Below, piece after piece: positions 47,219 to 59,342 of a stretch of 64,000 nt of DNA. A program made the translations under genes and the position numbers. Numbering within the stretch: the first letter of the stretch is position 1; each line of letters opens with the position of its first letter. Where the stretch lies: positions 33,685-97,684 of the forward strand of contig CP061209.1 of NCBI GenBank assembly GCA_026016205.1, in the 5' to 3' direction. Source of the DNA: Methanosarcinales archaeon. Its GTDB lineage: Archaea > Halobacteriota > UBA148 > JAUWXC01. Below the pieces are notes generated by a model. The model saw nothing but the letters and a program-made list of their open reading frames with translations, was not told where the DNA came from and did not search any database.

Positions 47219-48409
47219 ATGGAATTTGTTGCATATGATTCAATTCTGCTCAAACTCATTTTGGAAGTCATGGACAACAGGACAAGGATGCAGACTAAAG
47301 GCCCTCTCTCCCCCTTCTTAGGAAAAGTGGAGCAGAAGTTTGGTGCATATCTAAAAAATCTACCGACTGAAATCAGAGGGGACACACTCTACCTTTCAAC
47401 CGCCTTTCCGCCCGTTCCAAGCAAGCCTTTTAAACGACTTGTAACCTCTCAGATAAAAAGAGCTCTTGGCTTTCATAATCCTGATAACCTGACAATTATG
47501 GTTACGGAAGACTGCCAGTGTCATTGCGAGCACTGTCTGGCACATAAAATGGGCCAGGGCGAAGAACTCTCCAAGAACGAGATATTCGATGTGATTGACC
47601 AAGCTCTGGAGCTTGGCGTGTCTCAAATCACTTTTGAAGGCGGCGAGCCGACTTTGAGAAAAGACCTCCCTGAACTCATTGAGCACGTTGACAAAAGCAA
47701 GGCCACTACAATGGTCGTGACAAATGGCCAGTATCTAACCAAGGATTACATTCAGACGCTCAAGAAGTCCGGATTGGACTACATAAATGTAAGTATAGAC
47801 AGCCCATGCCCAGAGGAGCATGACACGTTTAGAGGGGTTTCAGGACTTTTCGAGGATGCTACCAAAGGGATAAAAAATTCTGTAGACGCGGGAATTCTAA
47901 CCGGTGTTTTATACATTGCGAGGCCGGGGAATTGTGACAGGAAAACCTTAGAAAAGATGGTAAACTACTGCGAAGAGCTCGGTGTTTTTGAACTTATGAT
48001 CGATAAAATTGTCCCAAGTGGGAGATGGATGGGCAAGGATGTCTTGAGCGAAGAACAGGAGGAAGAGATAATCAGGTTCCAGAAAGAGATAGCCGAGGAG
48101 AAGGGAAAGAACTTGGTCACGAACTTTTTCCAGTTAAGGAGGCCTGATTTTTTTGGATGTTTTGCAGGCAGAATGTGGTGCTATGTTTCTCCTAGTGGAG
48201 AGGTAATGCCGTGCATGCATGTTCCCATCTCCTTTGGAAATGTGCGGAAGGAGAAATTATCAAAGATATGGAAAAAAATAAGAAGGCACCCCCTCTTCAA
48301 CAAAAAACCAGAAACGTGTGTATATGAAGGCCCCCTATATAAGGAAAAATATCTTGGGCACATGCCAGAAGATGCCCCTCTTCCATATCCTATTGAGAAA
48401 CTTGATTGA
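47219..48409 (+). CDS. Radical-SAM enzyme, SPASM/twitch-like, with the N-terminal extension (paralogue 2)
   Basis: The CX3CX2C motif is 'DCQCHCEHCLAH'. 'TFEGGEPTL' and 'GCFAGRMWCYVSPSGEVMPCMHVPISFGNVRKEKLSKIWKKIRRHPLFNKKPETC' are present. The N-terminal motif is 'STAFPPVPSKPFKRLVTSQIKR'. Confidence 0.85.
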   Translation: MEFVAYDSILLKLILEVMDNRTRMQTKGPLSPFLGKVEQKFGAYLKNLPTEIRGDTLYLSTAFPPVPSKPFKRLVTSQIKRALGFHNPDNLTIMVTEDCQCHCEHCLAHKMGQGEELSKNEIFDVIDQALELGVSQITFEGGEPTLRKDLPELIEHVDKSKATTMVVTNGQYLTKDYIQTLKKSGLDYINVSIDSPCPEEHDTFRGVSGLFEDATKGIKNSVDAGILTGVLYIARPGNCDRKTLEKMVNYCEELGVFELMIDKIVPSGRWMGKDVLSEEQEEEIIRFQKEIAEEKGKNLVTNFFQLRRPDFFGCFAGRMWCYVSPSGEVMPCMHVPISFGNVRKEKLSKIWKKIRRHPLFNKKPETCVYEGPLYKEKYLGHMPEDAPLPYPIEKLD

Positions 48410-48410
48410 C

Positions 48411-49394
48411 ATGAAGGCGCTTACTATTCCATTAAAGGCCCTATGGCAGTTGAAGGTAAAAAACAGACCCATTATTCTTTCTCATGGAATTAATTCGAGA
48501 TGCAACCTGCACTGCAAATTTTGCCCATACTGGAAAGAAGACAGGGGCGAGATGAGCAAAGAGGACATATTCAAACTCCTTGAAGAAGCCAGGTCTTTCG
48601 GAATAATGCTTTACAACGCATGGACCACAGAACCCCTCCTGAGGGAGGATCTTCCAGAAATCCTTAGGTATGCTCATCACCTTGGGATGATGACATCTCT
48701 TGTAACCAATGGAGTCCTGCTGAAGAAGAGAGCCAGAGAACTCTCAGACCTTGATTATCTCTCGATTTCTGTAGACGGTATTAAGTCCTATGAGGCGATG
48801 AGAGGTGTCAAGCTGGATAAGGTGCTGGATGGAATCAGGGAGGCAAGGGACAGGGGAATCACCACCTTAATCAACTGCGTCATCAGCGGAAAAAATCTGG
48901 ACGAGATCGAGGAGCTAATACATCTAGCCCAAGAGTTGGGGGCGTGGATTTCATTTGAGCCCCTCTATGAATACGAAGACATCCCACAAGAGGTGTGGGA
49001 AGATATAGGGATAAGGGATATGGGAAGGTACGAGAAGACCATTGACAGGATAATTGAATTAAAAGAAGAAAGCTATCCTATTATCAACTCCAAAACTTAT
49101 CTCAGAATGATAAAGAATCTGCGCCCAGATTTCAGATGTCATGCCAGTGACATTGTGCTCGATGTTACATCGGACGGTAGGATAGAAAACTGCAGAGTTC
49201 ACAGAGAAAGCATGGGCGATATCAAGGATGGACTGGATAATGCCTGGAGTGCTTCAAAAGCGAGGAGGAAAAAAATACCGATGGGATGTAAAGGGTGTCT
49301 GTTTTTTGGATATGCTGAATTAAGTCTCCTCTATTCTTTTAAACCTGAAGTAATACTAAATGGTATCAGGATACTAAATGGCATTAGGCCCTAA
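48411..49394 (+). CDS. Radical-SAM enzyme (distinct, shorter type with no N-terminal extension)
   Basis: Start taken at MKALTIPL, 1 nt after the upstream stop. The CX3CX2C motif is 'SRCNLHCKFCPYW' at about aa 30. The C-terminal Cys residues are in 'RCHASDIVLDVTSDGRIENCRVH' and 'MGCKGCLFFGY'. Confidence 0.8.
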   Translation: MKALTIPLKALWQLKVKNRPIILSHGINSRCNLHCKFCPYWKEDRGEMSKEDIFKLLEEARSFGIMLYNAWTTEPLLREDLPEILRYAHHLGMMTSLVTNGVLLKKRARELSDLDYLSISVDGIKSYEAMRGVKLDKVLDGIREARDRGITTLINCVISGKNLDEIEELIHLAQELGAWISFEPLYEYEDIPQEVWEDIGIRDMGRYEKTIDRIIELKEESYPIINSKTYLRMIKNLRPDFRCHASDIVLDVTSDGRIENCRVHRESMGDIKDGLDNAWSASKARRKKIPMGCKGCLFFGYAELSLLYSFKPEVILNGIRILNGIRP

Positions 49395-50530
49395 AGGATA
49401 TATTTTGCAAATCTTATCAACTTTGGATTCTTCCACAGAAGAAGGAGCCCCGTGCTCAGGGAGTTCAGAATAACATTATCATGCTTTGAGAGCTGTTTGG
49501 ATATGTCCACGCCCTCTAAAGCCCTCATTGCTTCATCAAGCTCTGCATCCGACATCTTTTCTATGGTCTTTAATCCAAAACGCCCCGTCCTGTACTGATT
49601 TAAAAATCTCTTCTTCCACTGCTTCTCGTACTTAGAAAGGAATCTTTTAGAGCCATCCTTCTCCTTCACCGCTTCCGCAGCAACCTCTCCACAAAGCATG
49701 CCAGCAGCCATTCCATAGGCAATACCTGCCTGCCCAGCAGCTCCACCTACAACCATCAGCCTATCGCTTACTAACTCGTTAGGCATTGTGATTATTTGGT
49801 CTGCCCCCTCTGATATGCTAAGAATTTTGGCTTTGCTGAACATATCTCGCTGCAGAAATCTATCAAAATACTCCTTTGGGCTTTTCCCTCTAACAAACGC
49901 TCCCACGCTTGTCTTGCCATCTCCTTTTGGGGAAATTGTGGTCTTCCAGCCTGGTGCAACTTCTTTGCCTAGGAAATAATGGAAATAATTTTCGTTCACC
50001 TCTACGCCCTCCATCTCGGCCTGGATTGCGTATGCAAGGTCTTCCGGGTACTTCATCGTTTTCAATCCTGTTTCCTTAACGATTTCAGAGTTTACTCCCG
50101 GGGCGAGTACAAAAACCTCTCCATTGTACATCTTCTTGTTTTCCCCCTCTTTTACAACAACCTCTCCCTCATTGAGAGCTATGGCATCGAAGCTCATTTT
50201 GATCTCTGCGCCAGCATCTCTTGCCATCTCAGCATAATACGCATCAAACTTCTTCCTATCAATCGAGAATCCTGGTGCATCTATTGTTATGGTCGTTCCG
50301 AGCGGAGAGATTATATTCATCCCTTTGACCTTGTGAATGATGTATTTCTCTTCAGGCTCAAGTCCAATCATCTTAAAAAAACCATCAAAAGAAGTATCTG
50401 CAGGGCTTGGAGCAGAATCAAAACTCTCTCTTTTCTCCAAGAGTAAAACATTAGCTCCTCCTTCTGCTGCCTTCCATGCTGCCATTAAACCAGCAGGACT
50501 TGCACCTATCACTATTACATCGTATTTCAT
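49391..50530 (-). CDS. FAD-dependent geranylgeranyl reductase-family oxidoreductase
   Basis: 'MKYDVIVIGASPAGLMAAWKAAEGGANVLLLEK' is the dinucleotide-binding GxGxxG motif. 'RLMVVGGAAGQAGIAYG' is the second FAD motif position. The length and layout match archaeal GGR/ChlP-type enzymes. Confidence 0.75.
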   Translation of the reverse strand: MKYDVIVIGASPAGLMAAWKAAEGGANVLLLEKRESFDSAPSPADTSFDGFFKMIGLEPEEKYIIHKVKGMNIISPLGTTITIDAPGFSIDRKKFDAYYAEMARDAGAEIKMSFDAIALNEGEVVVKEGENKKMYNGEVFVLAPGVNSEIVKETGLKTMKYPEDLAYAIQAEMEGVEVNENYFHYFLGKEVAPGWKTTISPKGDGKTSVGAFVRGKSPKEYFDRFLQRDMFSKAKILSISEGADQIITMPNELVSDRLMVVGGAAGQAGIAYGMAAGMLCGEVAAEAVKEKDGSKRFLSKYEKQWKKRFLNQYRTGRFGLKTIEKMSDAELDEAMRALEGVDISKQLSKHDNVILNSLSTGLLLLWKNPKLIRFAKYIL

Positions 50531-51732
50531 TCTTCTACCCGGTATGGCAATCTTTCCTCTTCAATTGCATTTCTAATACAGCCGAAATAATTATCCCTGT
50601 ATTGAGGATCTCTCCATGCGCATGTTTCTGGTTTTTTCTTAAACAAAGGATGCCTTCTTATTTTTTTCCAGGCACTCTCTAAGCTTATATCGCGCACATT
50701 GCCAAAGGAGAGCGGAATGTGCAGACAGGGCATGATCTCACCAGTCGGCGATATCCATACCCATCTTCTTCCTGCAAAGCATCCCATGATATTGGGATCT
50801 CTGTAGGAGTAAGAAGAAGATACCCTGGGGCCGTCTCTCCTCTTATTTGCCTCATTTTGAAACGCAGCTAACCTCTCATAATCTTCCTTCGTTAAGAGGT
50901 TGTCATCATGATATTCCCATCTCCCTCCGGGAACCACCTCATCAATCAAAATCTCATGTACACCAAGAGAACTGCAATGTTTGTATAAATCCTCTAATCT
51001 TTTCAAATCAGAGTTATAGGGAGTAGCCGTGTATTCGACTATTCCTATCAACCCTTCTTCAACACCATACTTAACGCCTGCAGAGGCTTTTTCAAAAACC
51101 CCTTCAACCCCCCTGAACATATCGTGTTCCTTCGGGTATGGGCTATCGAGGCTGACATGTAGATATACAAGTCCTGCATTCTTCAGCCTCTGTACATAGT
51201 CTCTTGTCAGGCGGAGCCCGTTTGTTATCAGATGCGTAGAAGCTTTGCTCTTATCAACATGCTTAATCAAATCGAATATATCATCCCTGAGCGTTGGCTC
51301 CCCCCCTTCAAAGCTTACATGGTAAGCTCCAAGTTCAAGGGCCTGGTCTATCACATGGTAAAGCTCCTTAGTGGGGATGTGTGGCTCCTTTTTCATTCCA
51401 TGTACTATACAGTGCTTGCATTTACATTGGCATCTGCCCGTGGTTAACAACATCAGGCTCTCAGGCATGGATTTACGCAAAAGGAGGCGTTTTATCTGGT
51501 TTTCTACGAGCCTGTTAAAAGGTCCACTGGGGGCGGGCGGCATAAAATTGGATATTATGACCTGCCCTTCTCGGACTGCCGCTACCTTTTCCAGTGCAGC
51601 ATGCGCATTAAACCCCTCTGCGATGTGCATTACAAATCTCGAGAGTGGACCTTTCACCACCATCTGTGCGCTTCTGCCGTTCACATCAAATAGAATCTCA
51701 AAGCCTAGGCCCTTGTAAATCGATAGTTCCAA
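50527..51732 (-). CDS. Radical-SAM enzyme, SPASM/twitch-like, with the N-terminal extension (paralogue 3, closest to paralogue 2)
   Basis: The CX3CX2C motif is 'GRCQCKCKHCIVH'. 'SFEGGEPTL' and 'GCFAGRRWVWISPTGEIMPCLHIPLSFGNVRDISLESAWKKIRRHPLFKKKPETC' are present. The N-terminal motif is 'SNFMPPAPSGPFNRLVENQIKR'. Confidence 0.85.
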   Translation of the reverse strand: MELSIYKGLGFEILFDVNGRSAQMVVKGPLSRFVMHIAEGFNAHAALEKVAAVREGQVIISNFMPPAPSGPFNRLVENQIKRLLLRKSMPESLMLLTTGRCQCKCKHCIVHGMKKEPHIPTKELYHVIDQALELGAYHVSFEGGEPTLRDDIFDLIKHVDKSKASTHLITNGLRLTRDYVQRLKNAGLVYLHVSLDSPYPKEHDMFRGVEGVFEKASAGVKYGVEEGLIGIVEYTATPYNSDLKRLEDLYKHCSSLGVHEILIDEVVPGGRWEYHDDNLLTKEDYERLAAFQNEANKRRDGPRVSSSYSYRDPNIMGCFAGRRWVWISPTGEIMPCLHIPLSFGNVRDISLESAWKKIRRHPLFKKKPETCAWRDPQYRDNYFGCIRNAIEEERLPYRVEE

Positions 51733-51754
51733 ACTACTCCCTCCTCTAATTCTG

Positions 51755-52681
51755 TTATATATGGTTAAGAATATTATACGCTGCAGCCATGCTGATTATG
51801 CCAAGCATTATAGTATAGTTTATGACGCCAACATGTGTAAGCTTTATGTGGGCTTTGTGCTCATCTGAATGGGCATAGGCATGGAAAAGTGCCCTGATTT
51901 TGAAGATAGCTAATCCAAAGTAGAGTGTTAAAAATATCCAGTTCAGGGCAAAAGTCTGCCAGAGCACTATAAGCCATAGGTATTCCAATATACTCATCAC
52001 AACCGTGAATGATATCGTTCCCCTTGATGTTAGCGGTGTAAAGCGCATCGAATCTTTATCATGGTAGGCCAGACAGCCTACTATAACTGCCAGAGACGCT
52101 ACAACAGACTCCCACGAGAGTATTTTTTCAGGAGCAACCATGGCGATGCCACCCAGGACTATGAGCCCACTCAGGGAGCGGTAAATGCGCCTTTGGAGCT
52201 CTGTCAGTTTTTTCAATGGCGGGCTTGCGGAATACGTCACTCCCCATATAAGCATGAGAAACCCCATCAAAAAGCACGTTGGATTGAATATAAAGTAGGC
52301 AACCCACAGGCAGAATATCGTCTCAACTACCATGAAGAAGATCACGGTTTTGGGTGAGAGAAGCCCGGTTACAAGGGGGAGGGTTGAATTCGGCGGGCCA
52401 AGACCCTCGTCCTCTCCAGTCCACCAGTCATATAACATATCTGCTTGAGAGATAACTCTTGTGAGCAGCCCTGCTGCGAAGAGACCTAAAATAAGCTTCC
52501 ATAACGGAAGAACTGGGGCACCAAGCGCCATAAATAAAAGTGCTCCGGTGCCAGCGCACAAAGCGCCCCAGGGAAGCCACAGCACACGATGAACGCAAAG
52601 GATTGCGAGAATCTTGGCCTTTAATCCTTTACCTCTCGGTCCTGCTACGCCAAACCCTATATCTATAAGAGAAGGCTTCAT
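51755..52681 (-). CDS. Polytopic membrane protein, divergent UbiA-prenyltransferase-like
   Basis: About 8-9 hydrophobic helices in 308 aa. An Asp-rich loop 'SQADMLYDWWTGEDEG' (DxxxD) follows helix 2. A second acidic loop is 'AYHDKDSMRF'. The 'YSASPPLKKL' loop resembles the UbiA 'Y..PP.R.K' segment. The assignment is from pattern only. Confidence 0.5.
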   Translation of the reverse strand: MKPSLIDIGFGVAGPRGKGLKAKILAILCVHRVLWLPWGALCAGTGALLFMALGAPVLPLWKLILGLFAAGLLTRVISQADMLYDWWTGEDEGLGPPNSTLPLVTGLLSPKTVIFFMVVETIFCLWVAYFIFNPTCFLMGFLMLIWGVTYSASPPLKKLTELQRRIYRSLSGLIVLGGIAMVAPEKILSWESVVASLAVIVGCLAYHDKDSMRFTPLTSRGTISFTVVMSILEYLWLIVLWQTFALNWIFLTLYFGLAIFKIRALFHAYAHSDEHKAHIKLTHVGVINYTIMLGIISMAAAYNILNHI

Positions 52682-52687
52682 AACAAC

Positions 52688-53569
52688 TTATCCCGATTTA
52701 GCCATTGCCTTTTCAAGTAGTTCAAAATTGCAAAAGTCCTGGGGCATCGTTTTAATATAATCCAGCTCTTTCATCAGTCTTACAATTCGCATCATCGCAT
52801 CCATGCTGCCGGTTATGTCAACATGTGGTTGGTTATATCTTAGGGCTTCTCTTATAATCATGGCAGGGATTCCGATGTATTTGGAACTGATTTTTGCGGC
52901 ATCATCCGGCTCTCTATTGCAAAATGCCTCTGCTTTTAGAATTGCATTTAAAAAATTTAACGCTACATCGGAATGATTTTGAAGAAACTCATCAGTGGTA
53001 GTAATGCTGCAACCTGGTGTTTTTGGAACCACATCTTTGCCTCTGGCAATTATTTTTCCTATCCCCACCTCAACTGCCATTGTGGCATAGGGCTCTACAT
53101 TGGTTGTGGCATCTACCCTGCCACTTAGCAGGGCAAGCATGGCCGCATCCCCGCTCGGAAGCCGTATAATCTCTGTGTTTTCCGGAGTTATATCATATTT
53201 TTTGAACAGGACTTGAGATGTCAGGTCTTTCATACCACCTGCAACTGGAAGTGAAATTCTTTTTCCCTTTAATTCGGAAAGGTCGTTTATCCCTGAGTCT
53301 TTTCGAACCACTGTAGCCGGCTCTTCATAACCGGAGCCAGCGATTACGACCATGTTGTTTCCATTATCTCTCGCACTCACCGTCCGCGTCCAAGGTAGTA
53401 TGCCAAAGGAAATTTTGCCAGAAATAAGTTTATTGGGCAACAGCCAAGCTGTTGGATCAATAGAATATGATATCTCTAATCCCTGCTCTTTGAAAAATCC
53501 CTTCTCATACGCTATGTATGCAGGCATCTGGCATATGCCCCTGATAAGTCCAATATTAATTTTTAACAA
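52688..53569 (-). CDS. NMT1/SsuA-like periplasmic-binding-protein-fold protein lacking a signal peptide
   Basis: 'INIGLIRGICQMPAYIAYEKGFFKEQGLEI', 'LISGKISFGILPW' and 'LKGKRISLPVAGGMKD' fit the NitT/TauT/NMT1 type-2 PBP pattern. There is no N-terminal hydrophobic leader and no lipobox. No ABC permease or ATPase lies nearby. Confidence 0.6.
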   Translation of the reverse strand: MLKINIGLIRGICQMPAYIAYEKGFFKEQGLEISYSIDPTAWLLPNKLISGKISFGILPWTRTVSARDNGNNMVVIAGSGYEEPATVVRKDSGINDLSELKGKRISLPVAGGMKDLTSQVLFKKYDITPENTEIIRLPSGDAAMLALLSGRVDATTNVEPYATMAVEVGIGKIIARGKDVVPKTPGCSITTTDEFLQNHSDVALNFLNAILKAEAFCNREPDDAAKISSKYIGIPAMIIREALRYNQPHVDITGSMDAMMRIVRLMKELDYIKTMPQDFCNFELLEKAMAKSG

Positions 53570-53683
53570 AGTAGCATCCTCCTTCTAACTAATGGTTAGA
53601 ACCAATTGAACTTTTACTTTAAAAATCTACTGATATAAGCAAAAGCTTATTTTAACATTGATGCATGGGATACATGCCATCAT

Positions 53684-53801
53684 GGCCGGGGTGGGGTAAC
53701 GGCTATCCTTTGGGACTGTGGCACAAACTTTTTAATAAAAAGTTTGACCAAAAAGGTTGTGCAGAGATCCCATGACCCGGGTTCGACTCCCGGTCCCGGC
53801 C
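53684..53801 (+). tRNA. tRNA-His(GUG) with an encoded G-1 and a 45-nt intron at the canonical 37/38 position (53722-53766)
   Basis: G(-1)-GCCGGGG-TG-GGGT-AACGGCTA-TCCT-T-TGGGA-CTGTGG[intron]A-TCCCA-TGAC-CCGGG-TTCGACT-CCCGG-TCCCGGC-C. G-1 opposite C73 is the tRNA-His identity feature. Confidence 0.85.
53724..53756 (+). repeat. Palindromic A/T hairpin motif (copy 1, inside the tRNA-His intron)
   Basis: CAAACTTTTTAATAAAAAGTTTGACCAAAAAGG. The arms CAAACTTTTT/AAAAAGTTTG are self-complementary. It is near-identical to 55741-55772. Confidence 0.9.
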
Positions 53802-53981
53802 CTTATCTCTACCACAAGCATTAAATATAGATTAGGCTATAAGAAAGGAGGCGCCAAAGGCAAATAGCATTTATGCTATCCGAATTTAGAGAGCAACATA
53901 ATTAAATAGTGATAATTGCATATAATATTAGTTTGATTAGATTATAGATGGAGACGTGAGAACTTTCACGTCTGACGTTCG

Positions 53982-54020
53982 CTCTGACAGTTCGGTTAAT
54001 TTTGATTGGTTGTTTCCCTT
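53982..54020 (+). other. 16S rRNA processing-stem 5' arm (pairs with 55535-55570)
   Basis: CTCTGACAGTT...TGATTGGTTGTTTCCCTT is complementary to AAGGGATAACCAATCGA...AACTGTCAGAG downstream of the 16S. Such long flanking helices are the bulge-helix-bulge processing substrates in archaea. Confidence 0.75.
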
Positions 54021-54043
54021 CCAACATATGTTTGTGCAGAATA

Positions 54044-55516
<1,473 letters not shown>

Positions 55517-55607
55517 AACGAAATTAAAGCCTTTAAGGGATAACCAATCGAAGCTGAAAAACTGTCAGAGTAACATTCATATAGGTTCGCTGGGCCAATC
55601 CTATAAA

Positions 55608-55739
55608 GGGCTCGTAGCTCAGTTGGAAGAGCGTCGCCTTTGCGATGCATGCGGTTCGAAGAAGCGCCGTGCATTAGAAAACCAGCAGGTTTTCGCACAA
55701 AATAGGCGAAGGCCCTGGGTTCAACTCCCAGCGAGTCCA
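55608..55739 (+). tRNA. tRNA-Ala(UGC) in the 16S-23S spacer, with a 59-nt intron at 37/38 (55645-55703)
   Basis: GGGCTCG-TA-GCTC-AGTTGGAAGA-GAGC-G-TCGCC-TTTGCG[intron]A-GGCGA-AGGCC-CTGGG-TTCAACT-CCCAG-CGAGTCC-A. The G3:U70 Ala identity pair is present. The intron contains the hairpins ATGCA..TGCAT and GAAAACC-AGCA-GGTTTTC. Confidence 0.85.
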
Positions 55740-55740
55740 T

Positions 55741-55772
55741 CAAACTTTTAAAAAAAGTTTGATCAAAAACGG
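55741..55772 (+). repeat. Palindromic A/T hairpin motif (copy 2, starting 2 nt after tRNA-Ala)
   Basis: CAAACTTTTAAAAAAAGTTTGATCAAAAACGG. Compare copy 1 at 53724-53756. Confidence 0.9.
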
Positions 55773-55896
55773 AAAAAGTGCATCCGAAGTGGTGCAATTA
55801 CGATCAACTCCTTTAAGGGTTGTAGTGCACTTGGCGAAGCAATTCGTCAGGGAAGGGCAGATGGCAGATTAATTAGACTCATAATCTAGCCAAGTG

Positions 55897-55930
55897 AAAC
55901 CATGTAGATGGCAAATTCGAAAGAATACAG
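55897..55930 (+). other. 23S rRNA processing-stem 5' arm (pairs with 58921-58955)
   Basis: AAACCATGTAGATGGCAAATTCGAAAGAATACAG matches the reverse complement of 58921-58955 (AAACCATATAGATGGCAAATTCTAGAGAATACATG). The two are near-perfectly complementary, with a short internal mismatch block. Confidence 0.8.
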
Positions 55931-55961
55931 GTGATCCGGACGCTCACTGAGTTTAGTAAAA

Positions 55962-58892
<2,931 letters not shown>

Positions 58893-58970
58893 AATCTGAG
58901 CTCAGGCGATATTTGGGTCGCATGTATTCTCTAGAATTTGCCATCTATATGGTTTAAATGCCGTCTTCGC

Positions 58971-59057
58971 GCCAAGGTGGCGGAATGGCTAACGCAGCCG
59001 CCTGCAGACGAATAGGAAGAGAGCGGCTTTTTGCCGGTTCAATTCCGGTCCTTGGCT
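58971..59057 (+). tRNA. tRNA-Cys(GCA) between 23S and 5S, with a ~14-nt intron (59008-59021)
   Basis: GCCAAGG-TG-GCGG-AATGGCTA-ACGC-A-GCCGC-CTGCAG[ACGAATAGGAAGAG]A-GCGGC-TTTTT-GCCGG-TTCAATT-CCGGT-CCTTGGC-T. The discriminator is U73, as expected for Cys. Confidence 0.8.
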
Positions 59058-59154
59058 TCCGAGACTACGAGCGAAGCGAGTAGTTGAGGTCTAGAAAATC
59101 CCTTCTGGATTTTCGGCGCAGATTTTGAGCAAAGAATTAGATTCATATGTGTGT

Positions 59155-59281
59155 GGTCATGACGGCCATAGCTGCGGGGAAACTCCTGGTCTCATCCCGA
59201 ACCCAGAAGATAAGCCCGCACACGTTCCATGTGGTACTAAAGTGCGCGAGCCTTTGGGAAGCACGGATCGCTGTCATGACC
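59155..59281 (+). rRNA. 5S rRNA
   Basis: GGTCATGACGGCCATAGC...CCTGGTCTCATCCCGAACCCAGAAGATAAGCCC...GTACTAAAGTGCGCGAGCCTTTGGGAAGC...GCTGTCATGACC. The terminal helix is complementary and the archaeal loop motifs are conserved. Confidence 0.9.
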
Positions 59282-59342
59282 ATTCCCCCTTACTCGAAAG
59301 CTATAACCACTATAATGCAATAGAATAGTTCTAGGTGTTAGT

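Noticed and set aside
46012-53569. RiPP (peptide-modifying) interpretation of the SPASM/twitch radical-SAM cluster
   Set aside because: The gaps in and around the cluster are only 1-22 nt, apart from 68 nt and 114 nt at its ends, so I found no room for a precursor-peptide ORF. There is also no protease or exporter gene. The UbiA-like and GGR genes point to an isoprenoid substrate instead. The idea is not excluded, because a precursor could be encoded elsewhere.
46012-53569. Futalosine menaquinone pathway (MqnA/C/D/E plus prenyltransferase) as the identity of the cluster
   Set aside because: MqnC and MqnE are ThiH/CofH-like radical-SAM enzymes. They lack the C-terminal 'GC.AGR...PC' auxiliary-cluster region and the N-terminal extension seen here. 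The binding-fold protein looks like NMT1/SsuA rather than MqnA/D. No UbiD/UbiX or MenG-type genes are present.
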